64,000 bases of DNA from contig NC_043002.1 of the NCBI RefSeq assembly GCF_006345805.1, positions 31,000,001 through 31,064,000 on the forward strand. Reading direction: 5' to 3'. The notes beneath the pieces are model-generated. The model was given only the letters and a program-made list of their open reading frames with translations, was not told the DNA's origin and ran no database searches. Source of the DNA: Octopus sinensis (Eukaryota). Below, piece after piece: positions 13,889 to 27,754 of this stretch (position 1 is its first letter; the number at the start of each line of letters is the position of its first letter). A program made the translations under genes and the position numbers.

Positions 13889-14908
13889 TACTTTTACTTT
13901 AAATAATATCAGTGGCAGGGAGAAGAGAATCTAGTATTCATAGTTCACTGCTGGTCATCATTCTTTTGGAGTCGACATGTTAAGTACCAGCTTTGTCCTG
14001 GGCTCTTCTTTCTCATAACTCTTTATTTCGTGTCGCCTCCCTGCCTTTTCTAGAAACCGACTATAATTATATCTAGCTATAAATAGGCTCCGACAGGGCT
14101 AAATGTGATGAAGATAAGCCCTGTGTCCCAAAGGTACCTCCACAATTCCATTAAGTAGTTAAAAGGCCCGTGACCTGTGAAAATCCTACAGGTCTTTGGG
14201 TTTGGGGCTATTTCCACAACATAAGTGACTGAGATTATAAACCTTCTGAACTGGGTGCATGTCCATCGGAAGTTTCATTTCCTGACGCTGGTGGTTATTT
14301 TAATGTGAATGGATCAACGAGAAATGAGAGCAAAAATCATTGGGGGGGGGGGAAATGAGAGTTGTACTGATATAGATAAAGAGAGCGATCGTTAAGAGCA
14401 TGTGAGGAGTGATAGGTGTGAGATGGAGCCATTACAGCAGAGATCAATGGAAAGGCAGGGAATATTGGCATAAAATATCTATAGTAAAACCACAAGGGTT
14501 GATGATGTGAGGAAAGAGAAGCCAAGTGCGATAAATGATGATGGCAGAGAGGTGGGAAATAAATAAGAGACTAGACAGTGCTTTCTCGTGACGCAGTGTT
14601 TCGTCACGAAATGTTATCATAAAAATTACACAGTGAAAAAAAATGGGATTAAATTTTCATCTAAATACACATCTTTCAAAAATTAGGGACAAATTTAAAT
14701 CTTCAACTCCTCATCCTTCTTGTACCTCATCTCATGTAACTCATGCATTCCTTATCGCTATCTCTCTCTGTCTATATATTAATGTGCGTGTATACATACA
14801 TATATATGTATACATATATATATACACATACATACACATATATATATATATATATACATGCATACATATATACATTCATCAACAGTCATACACACATGCA
14901 TGCGTATC

Positions 14909-14972
<64 letters not shown>

Positions 14973-15012
14973 CATATGTATATATATATGAGCAAGTGTG
15001 TGTTTTTAGTGC

Positions 15013-15054
<42 letters not shown>

Positions 15055-15089
15055 GTATATATATATGAGCAAGTGTGTGTTTTTAGTGC

Positions 15090-15152
<63 letters not shown>

Positions 15153-15282
15153 TACATAGATTGATAGATAGATACATACATACATACATACATACCCAGA
15201 CAAAATGGTTAAAAGCAGTTATGTGTATATGAAAAGCATCAGTGAGTGTATATATGTATGTGTGTGCAGAAGTGAGGAGATA

Positions 15283-15304
15283 TAGAGATAGATAGATGGA
15301 TAGA

Positions 15305-15342
<38 letters not shown>

Positions 15343-15343
15343 T

Positions 15344-15403
<60 letters not shown>

Positions 15404-15413
15404 ATAGACAGAC

Positions 15414-15488
<75 letters not shown>

Positions 15489-15493
15489 CAGAC

Positions 15494-15582
<89 letters not shown>
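15283..15582. repeat. (GATA)n/(GACA)n microsatellite
   Basis: Direct read. Confidence 0.95.
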
Positions 15583-15583
<1 letters not shown>

Positions 15584-16024
15584 AGATTGGGAGGATAGGA
15601 TGCATATATTTTTTCCTGCATGAAATATAAACAGAATATTAATTAATTTTACAAAAATATTTATCTTAAGGCGTTGAAATATCATGTATTTTGTATGTGT
15701 GTATATCCTTTTTAGTTTAGCATAAATGAAGTCATATATTATGCTTGAAATATGCACCTTAATATATATGTACAATGTGTACGCGCGTAAACACACTCAC
15801 ACGCACGCGCGCTCCTACATATGTGTGCATATATATATATATATATATTGATAAAACGGTAAGATAACAAAAGAAAGAAGAGACCTCAATATTATGTAAA
15901 TAGAGGAAATTTATCTATACAATATGTTACATTACTCGGTAGTCAAGATAAAACTCTGAGTTTCAGATGCCGAAGTGGAAATCCACAACACCATCTCTAC
16001 CGAGTAATGTAACATATTGTATAG

Positions 16025-16059
<35 letters not shown>

Positions 16060-16077
16060 TATATATATATATATATA

Positions 16078-16113
<36 letters not shown>

Positions 16114-16262
16114 ATATACAAACACACACTAATACACACACACATATATACATATATATATATATGTGTGTGTGTGGTAGTGTGTATCTGTGTGCTTGTG
16201 TGTATTATATAACTAGATTAGGAGGAAAAACACTAATGATGAGTCCACAGGCATATATATAT

Positions 16263-16331
<69 letters not shown>

Positions 16332-16351
16332 TATATACATACATACATACA

Positions 16352-16387
<36 letters not shown>

Positions 16388-16404
16388 TCGCTCTGAGATT
16401 TATC

Positions 16405-16464
<60 letters not shown>

Positions 16465-18439
16465 CATATATATATACATATACATATACATATATATATA
16501 TGTATACATATAATTATTACTCACTGCAATAAGTGTATAACCCTTAGAAGCACGTCCATATTGATATAAAAATATATGCCCATAAATAACTACAGATATA
16601 TATTTACGTACCACCTTCAGCTTATGTAAATTTACAAATATATCTACCAAAGCAGGTAGTTAACACGATGCATATATTCCCAATCCTGGACCTTCTGACT
16701 TAATAACACACTTAAAGAGACAAGCACAACTCGTGTAACATAATAATGTAGTTGCGCTTCTGATTATCACGGGTTATTTATGTTTTATGCAGGATTTGGG
16801 GTTAACAGGAAATGCCTGTAAAGGATATGATGTCACAGCAAGATGGCGATTGCTTTGAAAGTTTCACGTATTGTTTGGATATATGGATATATCATTGCTG
16901 TAATCATCGTAATTCAAATGCAAAAAAGCACACATACACACATACATACACTTATGTAAACATATGTGTGTATATATATGCATATATATATATATATCAT
17001 GTATGTATGTACCCATGTATGTAATTCATACACATATGTATATGTATATATGTACATATTTATAAGTATGATTTATAAGTATATTTATATGGACCTATGA
17101 ATCTATCTAATCCTTTATCAACCTATTTGTCTGTCTGTTTGTGTAAGTTTGTGTGCGTTTGATTATGTGTATGTATGTGTATGTGTGTGTGTGTTCGCGC
17201 TCGCGTTGAGGGTACCGAATATTGCAAACCTATATCTAAATGTTATGAAAAATGTGCATGAAAGCTATTCATTCACACGAACCTTGTATACACTGTTATA
17301 TTGCTTGTTACCACATCTCCAGATACAAACACATGCAAAGAGGCAGATAGCTTCACACACGCAAATACACGCACAATCAGATATTTCACTAAACCACACC
17401 AAGTATTTCGTTCTACATGCAAGCATATAATGTGTGCGGCCGCGTGCTTGTTTTATATTAGAGCACAAAGGACAACATTATGCACACACACACACACACA
17501 AAACACACACACCTATATATTTATATGTATATTGACATTTTAATACTAGCTATTTTGCTTGTTGCAAATCAGTGACCGATGGTCGCTTTGCTTACAATAT
17601 ATTTACTAGCTGGAGCGGACCATGGCTATCATGCTGGTGATCAAGTATTCGCAACTAAGGATGACTCAGCCAGCTCGAAACTGAGTAAGTCTCGCGATTC
17701 TTTTGTCTGCTAGAAGATAGTAGGTGTTCGCTCCTCCTACTAGCAATATAGAAGGTGCCCCGCTGCACCGATAACAAGCTGGCAGAAGATCTGTCTAGGA
17801 TTAAACTATAAGTATCATGGGGCAGCCACTTTGATCTGGCGATGAAATTCACTTGTTAATATAGTTACTACTGTGATCTTTTCTTGAGATTTTAAAACTA
17901 TTTTGCTTGTTATATACATGTGTGTGTGCGTGTTATTTCTAGCAACCCACGTGTATGTACAAATGGCATTACTGAGACACTTGTGATCAAGAATGTGAGA
18001 GCAATTCTCATATCTCAGAGGAATATTGACCGCTGATCTAAAGGTTTAACCAACTCGCCAAAGAGTATTTTGAACATCTTACGCAACAACCAAAAGGAAA
18101 ATCTTCTTGTGTAATAGACCTAAGACATTACAAGCTACATTAAAATATTAGAAATCATAATGGAATCCTGGCTAAGAAAAGAACGAACAATAATGCTTGT
18201 CAATATGGTTCACTCTTATGGTTTATGGAAAGAGCAGGATGTTTTAAGCTCCAATACTTTTGATAATACGTTTTACCAATCTGTTGCAACGTGGCGAAAT
18301 ATCAAGGAATATCTGATATTAAAGAAGAAAATATATACTTTCAATAGTAGGATTTTATTGGTTAAATCTCCTTGAATGTGATATAAAGTTGAAGAAAAGA
18401 AGTTGTCTGTAGATTATTCATAATGTATGAATATATTAT

Positions 18440-18509
<70 letters not shown>

Positions 18510-18841
18510 ATATATATTCTCAAATCAACATCGGTATAAATATATAACAACTTTCCAAGGGCAAATCCTCGCTAATTTGAGAAATTGGGTTTCTTGTAAT
18601 ATATTGCCATTCAATATTATTTATAATACCAATTTAATATCATGATATTGTCGTCCAATCTCATTCGCTTTATCATTCACTTAAGAATATATGCTTATCT
18701 GGGGCATTTCTCTCTCTCCCTCTCGCTCTCTTTCATTCCATCTCGCGCTCTTTCTCTCTCTCTCCCTCTCTATCTCTCTGTCTCTCTCCTTCCCTCTCTC
18801 AAACACACACAAACATATATAACACAACACATACAAAATAG

Positions 18842-18871
18842 TTGTAGTAGTGGTGGTGGTGGTGGTAGTGA

Positions 18872-18923
<52 letters not shown>

Positions 18924-19705
18924 CTATTACATAAAATCAAAGCAATATAAAACAAAAGCGATTTCGTAGTGATCTATTTGTCTTTACTTAATATTTACCG
19001 CTCATATAGTGATTAAAGAACAGCGCCCTTAATCCTTTATCCTTTGGAGAAGATATTAAGAAGTGGTGTTCACACAGCAGAGATCTTATTTCAATACTTT
19101 AGCCGTACCAGAAAATGCACAGAGATACCAGCTGGTAAAGACTAAGTCTATGGATTAGATAAAAACTCAAACTTCGAGGCAAATTCATACCAAAATACCA
19201 TCTTCAAATAGTACTTATTGAATCGACTCCGAAAGAATGACAGTCAAAGTTGACTCTGGCGGAATTTGAACTCATATTGCATGAACAACTATTGCACTGT
19301 ATTTTGACCTATCCCTTAACAACTCTACTGGTTCTCCGCCTTTACACTAGATTAGGAACCAACTGAAAACTTGTGAAGTCGAAGTTCAAAAAATCAAAAT
19401 CTACTTTACTATCTGAATTTGCAGCATAAATACTACAGAATGGTCAAGTTCTTTGGTTAAACTAAGATTTAAAAATTGTGCGCTGTTCTTTAATCACTGT
19501 ATGGGTGGTAAATATTAAGTACAGACAAATAGATCACTACGAATTTGCTTTTGTTTTATATTGCTTTGATTGTATGTAATAGTCTACTACTACTACTACT
19601 ACTACTACTAATACTAATACTGCTGCTGCTGCTATTGCTGCAACTACTGCTGCTGCTACGACGACCGCCACTACTACTACTGCCACTATTACTTCTACTA
19701 CTACC
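18842..19705. repeat. Long inverted repeat: 103-bp unique arms (18924-19026 and 19480-19582) with outer (AGT/GGT)n tracts
   Basis: The arms align as reverse complements with 7 mismatches in 103 nt (manual count). The 453-nt spacer contains a family N SINE fragment (19210-19340, minus). Confidence 0.9.
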
Positions 19706-19965
19706 ATGGTAGACGGAAACTGAAACAAGCTCGTCGTATGTGCCTTTGTGACTGTGTTTGCCCCCCACAACCGCTTGCCATCCAGTGTTGGTTTGTTTAC
19801 GTCACCGTCAACTAGCAGTTCGGCAAAAGACACAGAGAGAATAAGTATCAGGTTTATCAAAATTGGTACTGGCGTCGATTCATTCGACTAAAATTTCTTG
19901 AAGACGGTGCCCCAGTATGGCCGCAGTCTAATGATTGAAGCATTTAGAATATAAAAGATAAAAGA
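19706..19965 (+). mobile_element. SINE family A, 5'-truncated
   Basis: ggtagacggaaactgaaacaagctcgtcgtat...cagttcggcaaaagac...ggtgccccagtatggccgcagtc...taaaagataaaag. Confidence 0.8.
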
Positions 19966-21647
19966 TCCTCTTTAAAACAGTTAGGGACAGAAAAACTGTC
20001 AGAGACAGAAATACAAAGTGTTCAGCTTCTTCTGAAAATATACAGACATTCTAGAAACTGTTTTGTTTTTAACTTATGCGTATTTTGTCTACGTATAATA
20101 TTTAGAAATTACATTAAATTTGTCTGCATCATAAGTTATAATCAATTTTTTTTTTTTTGTATGAAGGGAAAATGTTTTCCATCCCTGATATTCTGCAGAC
20201 ATATTTTTCTCCTGAGTGAGCATTTTAGTGGAGAACCCTCAGTTCTGAAAAGTTCCCCTTTTTTTAAATATAAACTAAGATTTAACTGTTTTCTTTAAAG
20301 TAACATGATGTTCGCATCAGTTTTTGATAGGCAGAAGTTTCTCCTGAGAACTGTAGTTAATTTCGAGTCCTTTATCTAGAATAGAGTATTTCATAAAATA
20401 ATTTGAAAAAGTTTGTTGTCTGGTTAACTAACATCTGGACTTATATATAACTCATTGATATTTGGAAGTTTAAATAGAGGTTCACTTGTTAGCTATTCGT
20501 TTTTTTTTTTATTGCACGCTATGTTTATCTGCCCTTCTGAGGTAGGATTTGTGAGAATTTCATAGATTTATAAGCCAGCTTTGTTTCCATAACGCCAAAA
20601 TTAGATTTGTGTTTAAGTTATAAACTCAGAATATACCTGAGTATGAATGACTAACATACGATATCCCATGTGCACATTAATTCACATTATCACGACAATG
20701 TTTTCCTTTTCAACTGTCATTTGACTGAAAGTGTTGATGTATTGTGTGGAATATTCGAAGTAGTAGGTATGCATATTATGGCAGTAAATTTAGGAGACAT
20801 TTTCTCAGACAAATTTATTGTATGGCTCCACTGAAACTGACTGATTTTCCCATCATGTAAAAATCCTCCAGAATTGAAAGCTTACTGCTCTGGGCCATTG
20901 GAAGTACCAAAATAATTTTTCTCTCCTTCAGTTGCAGCTTTTTAAAAGTTTTTAATTGAGACGTTGATAGAATTTATAGAAGGAAGAAGGAATGAGTAAA
21001 CAACATGTGTTGATGATGACTTAGTTGTTCTTATTTGCCAGTACTTGCTATTTGTAGGCTGAAATGTGACAGAGTATTTCTAATCTTGATTTCCACAAAA
21101 TGCATGTTGACATTATTGGTGTTAAAATTTATTCTTTTCATAAATATGTTAATCAGATTTTTGATGTTTTGGCATTGAACCTGAATTTTAAAATGTCCAT
21201 TTCAATTTAAGTATGTGCTTTTCTGTGGTCATCAGGAGGCGGTTTCTGCTAAATTGTAGCCAATTGTCAATGCTATAAATTTTAATATTTTGAAACAAAA
21301 TGAAAAGGAATTTATATCTCAAGCAGGATATATTGTTGTAATCAAACATGCTACAAACTGTAAAGTGTTAAATTTTATTTTATGCAGATTGTAAATAAAA
21401 ACGGGCATCTTGTGCTTTTTATGAAAAAAAGGTAGCGTAAAAACTTTTCAGTTGAAGCAAGATAGCTATGAATTTGTCGCCCAAGGAGGAATTGTCACCA
21501 TTATAAATTACTTCAGTTGAACACGTGAGGAGTGTATATCATTGACACTTCATCCCATTGCATAACTAACTTGTTTAATAAACTATCGGAGCAGTTAATG
21601 TAGATTTCCAGTGCCCCATTTCTATAGAGTGGTGGTGTGTGGCCTAG

Positions 21648-21893
21648 TGGGTAGGGTGTTGGGATCATGAGCGGAAGATTGTGGTTTCAATTCCTGGACC
21701 GGGTGACGCGTTGTGCGCTTGAGTTAACCACTTCATTTCACGTTGCTCCCGTCCACTCTGCTCCATCCACTCTGCTGGCAAAAAAGAGTAATGCTGCTAC
21801 AGGCCATCTTCCCGTCTATGGGTGAACATATGCATACGCCATGGAAATGGGGAAACTAGTCCTTATGAGCCCTTAAGGCTCGAGAAGGATGAT
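21648..21893 (+). mobile_element. tRNA-head SINE with CORE-like body and tail T2
   Basis: A box tggcctagtggg, B box ggtttcaattcc, body ttcatttcacgttgctcccgtccactc, tail tacgccatggaaa...ccttatgagcc...ggctcgagaagg. Confidence 0.75.
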
Positions 21894-22629
21894 TTTCACT
21901 TTTGGCTTTCTATATATGGTTATGAGTTTGAGAGATAAATGTTTTTGATGAGTTCTTTTTAATTGTTTCAACTTATTCCTCCAGTAAATGTTGTTTTGTT
22001 CTATCCAGAATCCCTGACAGAGATATAAATCCATGTTTCAAAATCAAGCAATGGTTGTAAAACAATGAACTAATGGGATTTGTGTTATATCTGTACCTAC
22101 TGCATTATTGTTAATTACAATTTAGTTTGCAAGCGATTATTAATTCACAGGAATTTATCTTGAAATTCAATGAATATATTTTATCTTGTGATCTCTGTAT
22201 GTGGGAATGTGTGAGTACAAGTAATTCACAAAAGGCTCCTATATCTGGTATTTTCAGTTCACTTTCTTATCGCTTCACTACCCCTTCATCTCTCACTCCC
22301 TCATCGCCACTCGCATTATCTTCCTTCGTTAATTAACATCACGTCCTCTATTCTGACCTATTAATTATGGCGCGTTTTCCGACTGTAGAAATGTAAGAAT
22401 TTTTCCGTGGTTTCCGTGGGCAATTTCATTAAGGCAAAAAAAATCTTTAACAGACATGTGGAAAGTAACTGGGAAGAAAGAACATAGAATAATTACCTAA
22501 CACTTTGAAGTTACGCAATATACGTCCGATTCTCCCTTTGAAACACGTGTAAATACCTTTCTATCTTATTCTATTACACTCATAGACTTATCATCTATCT
22601 ATCTAGCTAGCTAGCTAGCTAACCGTTTG

Positions 22630-22865
22630 TTTCTTTTATCTTTTACTTGCTTCAGTCATTGGACTACCACTATGCTGCAGTACCATATTAAAGGGTTTAG
22701 CCAAACAAATGAAACCCAGTATTATCGAACTTTTGCCGAAACGCTAAGATACTGGGGATGTAAACAAGCCAAAACTGATTGTCAGGACATGGTGGGTCAC
22801 AAACACAAAAAAACCAAACACAAATATATGCATACACACACGTATGTATATAAATATATAAATAA

Positions 22866-22951
<86 letters not shown>

Positions 22952-22991
22952 CGTTTATATATTTGTTGTGCAAGTTTTTTACATATAAATA

Positions 22992-23024
<33 letters not shown>

Positions 23025-23038
23025 TTATATACATATAT

Positions 23039-23099
<61 letters not shown>

Positions 23100-23345
23100 T
23101 TATTTATATACTTATTTATATACTTAATAATTATATATATTATATATTATATAATATATATATATATATATTACGAATATATATATATATAGGCACGAAG
23201 GGCTTCAACATATTTTCCGTGCACTTAATCTATTCACTAGGCTTTGGTCAGCCATGCTGCAGTAGAAGACACTCACCCAGCATGTCAGGCACTGGTACTA
23301 ATACCTCTATCATGCGGTTTCAAAAAAGCTTCCTCACACTTAGCC
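22630..23345 (-). mobile_element. SINE family A (decayed) with a very long internal (TA)n
   Basis: 3' half at 22630-22830 and 5' half at 23190-23345 (agtagaagacactc...), separated by TA-rich repeat. Confidence 0.65.
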
Positions 23346-23932
23346 AGACCGTTGGATGAGACTTAAACTTGAAATTCTACGAATTTTATTAGAAAATGTT
23401 ACTCGAGTTTTAGTACCGAATCTCTCTGTATCAGTAATTACTCTCATAGAAACTGTGCGGAATCCTGTCACCTTTGGACTAATTTGAATTTGATCAGGTG
23501 ATATAAATTGGAATCTAGAGGAATGCAGTAGCAAAGCGTCTCTGTATTGTTATAAGTAAATTGTGGGAAGACTTCGTAGGGTCAGAAGAAGTCAAACATC
23601 ATTTGACAGTCATTTCTCTCAGTATATAAGCAGTATGTTAAGACCAAATAATTAATAATCGTCGTATCTTATTAAATGAACGCTTAATGCTTCCAGAAAT
23701 TTTTGTATATTTGTTTTTTTTTTGTTTTTTTTTATGAAGCGATTCTGCTGAGGAGCTCATTAAGTATCATCGCTTAATCCGGGCTTATCACCGAGTAACA
23801 CTTCTACGTCTCCCCACACACCAATTCAAACGTTCTCTCGCTCAACCAATTCAAATTTGCCCTTGGCAATCTTCTTTCATTGACACAAATTTGGGATTTC
23901 CCATTGAAATAATAATGTAATAATTATCTGGA

Positions 23933-23984
<52 letters not shown>

Positions 23985-24047
23985 GCATTCACAAACATAT
24001 GTGTTCGGGCTTTCACAGACACCCAACCCAAGTCTTATGTGTACGTT

Positions 24048-24097
<50 letters not shown>

Positions 24098-24269
24098 TAC
24101 ATACCTATAACATAAATACACACATAAATATATCAGACATAAATACACACATACATGCATACACAATAATACACGTGTTTATTTTTCATGTATATATGCT
24201 TATATGTATCCGCATACACGTATATAATGTTCGAATGCATGAATATATATATATATATATATATATATA

Positions 24270-24610
24270 GGTGCATGAGTAGTTGTGTGGTAAGTAACTT
24301 GCTTACCAACCACATGATTCCGGGCCGACCAAAACTTGTGTGAATTTGGTAGACGGAAACTGAAAGACGCTCGTTGTATATATGTATATATATGTGTATG
24401 CGCGTGTGTATGTTTGTGTGTCTGTGCTTGTCCCCCAACATCGCTTGACAACCGATGGTGGTGTGTTTACATCCCCGTAACATAGCGGTTCGGCAAAAAA
24501 GACCGATAGAATAAGTACTAGGCTTCCAAAGAATAAGTCCTGGGGTCGATTTTCTCGATGAAAGGTGGTGCTCCAGTATGGCCGCAGACAAGACTGAAAC
24601 AAGTAGAGAG
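24270..24610 (+). mobile_element. SINE family A with an internal deletion of about 55 nt
   Basis: Head gtgtggtaagtaacttgcttaccaaccacatgattccggg is joined directly to ccgaccaaa; the rest is colinear with the copy at 29768. Confidence 0.9.
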
Positions 24611-24642
<32 letters not shown>

Positions 24643-24744
24643 ATAATATATATATATCGTGAGTGCATGTGATTAGTCTTTGTGAGTGTCTGCACGCGCA
24701 TGTGTGTGTGTGCATGCGTGCGTATAGTATATTTACTATATAAT

Positions 24745-24955
24745 TTAAAGCAGAAAGTCTAGTGGCAGAATCGTTAGCTTTTCAGACCAAATGCGGAGTA
24801 GCATTTTGCCTGCCTCTCTACGTTATGATTTCAAGTAAAATTTACCATCTTATCGTTTTGGGTCCGATAAAATAAAATAACATTCAGTTATCGGGATCAA
24901 TGTTATTGACTTACCACTCTGCTAAAATTCTTGGTCTTTTGCCAAAATTTGATGC
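24745..24955 (+). mobile_element. SINE family N (decayed)
   Basis: gtggcagaatcgttagc...aaatgc...tacgtt...ggtccgataaaat...gatcaatgttattgactt aligns to the copy at 63182. Confidence 0.55.
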
Positions 24956-25084
24956 CATTGTTCAAAAATATAAATTATCATGGATTATGACAATAGAGTA
25001 TTTTGGCATTCTAATATTGAATATCAAATACACACCTTTGACTTTTGAGGATAGGTGTTGCACATAGCTAATGTTACCACTCTG

Positions 25085-25294
25085 CTATGGCTGAGTGCTA
25101 AGAAACTCTCTTTCCAAGCAGATGTTCCTTGGTTCAGTCTTACTGCGTGGTATATTGGTCAAATGTTTTCTATTATAGCCACATGCTGACCAAGGCATTT
25201 GTTGTTGGACTTGGCTCACAGAAACAGAAACAAGTCCGTCGTATACATACATGCTACATATATACATACATACATGCATACTTACATACATACT

Positions 25295-25337
<43 letters not shown>

Positions 25338-25663
25338 TATATATATAGAGAGAGAGAGTAGAGAGGAGAGAGAGAGGAGAATACAGTTGTAATTCCGAAA
25401 GTGATTGAAAAGTAAATACTTTTACCTTTTTCTTTATTTTTATTTTTCAATCACTTTCGGAATTACAATTGGTCTCTTGGAGTTTAACTGCTTTTTCTAG
25501 CGAGTCAGATATCCTATTCTTCGGGTATCTCTTTCGTGTTTGAGCGTACACTGTATTCTTCTTTGAATAATATATAGTCTATTGACTACGTTTTTTCTTT
25601 CTCGCTAGATCACTGGTAACTAAGAATTTTTCTATGAATATTCTTGCTACCCTAAGATTTTAA

Positions 25664-25700
<37 letters not shown>

Positions 25701-26165
25701 GAGTATATACGACGTTTTGAATATACATATAAAAGCTCCTATTCTATTATACTGGCTACAGCCTATTACTGCCAACTAGCGATACCAGATTTTAGTGTAC
25801 TGAAATGATTACGGACTGCAGTGTAATCATCCCGGGTATAGGGGCTATGACCTTAACAAACATATGATTTGCCGAAACGTGCATAGCGATGAATTAAAAT
25901 ATTTATATATTCTATCCAAGGATTTTAATTCGTGTGTGTGTGTGCGCGCGCGTGTATTCATGTGTATGTCTTTGTTTCTTTGTTTGTCCTTCAGTACTAC
26001 TTGATAACCGATGTGAGTGTGTTTTCGTCCCCATAACTAAGCGGTTAATCAAAATAATCCGATAGAATCCAGGTTTTAAAAATACGTGTTGGAGCCGATT
26101 TGTTCGACTAAAAAAATCCCATAATGGCCGCTTTCATATGACTGAATCAAGCAAAGGATAGAGGA
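25085..26165 (+). mobile_element. SINE family A split by a probable Penelope-like relic (about 25360-25930)
   Basis: 5' half at 25085-25255 and 3' half at 25960-26165. The intervening DNA carries a decayed hammerhead motif (25844-25887) and a minus-strand RYPKNRISDSLEKAVKL segment resembling the PLE RT C-terminus. Confidence 0.5.
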
Positions 26166-27220
26166 TAACGATCAAAATATGCCGATGAGAGAAAAGAAAC
26201 CATCAGCACGATGGTTAATTGTTTAACAAAATCCACATCTATGGAAGAATTTAACTTTCGAACATCTACCTGATATTTCTTTGTCATGATGTGTGACAGA
26301 TGCATGTAATCAATTCTGTGCCTCAAACAGCATTATACGTTCGTTTTTGTCTTTTTCATTGTCTTATATCTGGTGTTATTATCATCAGTATCCTGATTGA
26401 CATAATCATCCCTTCGTTATTCAAGAGACACCTTACAAGAATCGTTATAGAAACGTCATAGGTTTCTAGAAAATTTCATTGCACTTCATTCCCGTTAGGT
26501 TTTTATGAGATTTATCTTTTTATATATTCTCCCACCCCCACATTTCTCCGTTTCCGATCCATATTATCCTTTCTATCTCTATCTTGTTTCGTATATGACA
26601 ATTATCATCTTCATCATTAATGCTTTTCAAATATGCATTCTCATTTATTTTATTCATTGCTATTGAAATCGGTCCAAATCAACAGAGCTGACGTTATAGT
26701 TCTTTTAGTAACAATAGCAATAATATCAACTACGGCAACAATAGCAAGGTTGCATATATTATCAATATCACCATAGCCAAACAGTGTATGCGTTTTATAA
26801 TAGAGCTAATAATCGTTTCGTGTAGTCAGTGTTGCAAGATTTTCCGACTTCTTACAGATACACACACATACGTACACATATGTCAATGAGAAAAAAATAA
26901 GTAAAAATAAATGTATTTGGCTGAAGAAATAGGTATTTAATAACAGAATGCCTTGGCTCCAAATGATTTAGTTAACATTACCCAAAGTTTCGTGGGTACG
27001 TAGTACATGGTCATTCTTATCATAAGTTTGGATGTCTCCTAACAAATCAGATGGAGGTAACCTACCACCTATCACTGCAAAAGGAATTTATCTGGTATCT
27101 GAGATATATATTTGTGCAAAGGTTCTCTGAAGTTGTTTGGCAGAATATTGAATAGATGTGGTGCCTTAAAACACAGGCTGTCACAATCTTTGGTCCTTAT
27201 TCCAGACTGAGATGACTTGA

Positions 27221-27311
<91 letters not shown>

Positions 27312-27404
27312 TCGTCTGTCTGTATGTCTGTCTGTTTATCCATCTATCGATCGGTCGATAGATCAATCTATCAATCAATCGATCCCTCTAGATATATTCT
27401 TTTA

Positions 27405-27665
27405 TTCTGTTATATACTTCCGTCATTAAACTGCGGCCAAGGTGGAGCACGACCTTGAAGAGTTTTAGCCGAACGAATAGACCCCAATACTCATATTTTC
27501 TTAAGAGTGATACCTATTTTATCGCCTTTGAGGAATCGCCAAGTTATGGGAACCTGAACGCAGCAAGACTTGTTGTCAAGCGGTGGAGGGGGACAAAAAA
27601 AGACACAAAAACACACACGCACGTAAGCACAAACACATACATACAAGACGGGGTTCTTTCTCTTA
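27405..27665 (-). mobile_element. SINE family A, 3' half (decayed)
   Basis: ctgcggccaaggtggagcacgaccttgaag...ttgtcaagcggtggaggggga caaa. Confidence 0.65.
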
Positions 27666-27754
27666 CAAAGATTAGGCTAAAGCAGAAGACATCTGCTGAA
27701 GGTCCCATATTGTAAAGGAATGAGCTTTTTACTGCAACCCCAAATACGCCTATA

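Noticed and set aside
14090-14235. GTGATGA inside a hairpin with a distant CTGA
   Set aside because: No terminal stem joining the boxes and no recognisable guide sequence.
19970-21640. 1.6-kb microsatellite-free unique stretch
   Set aside because: No ORF, splice or repeat signal that I could support; only conservation data could make it interesting.
22540-22555. GAAACACGTGTA half-hammerhead
   Set aside because: No CTGATGA box or stem II could be found upstream.
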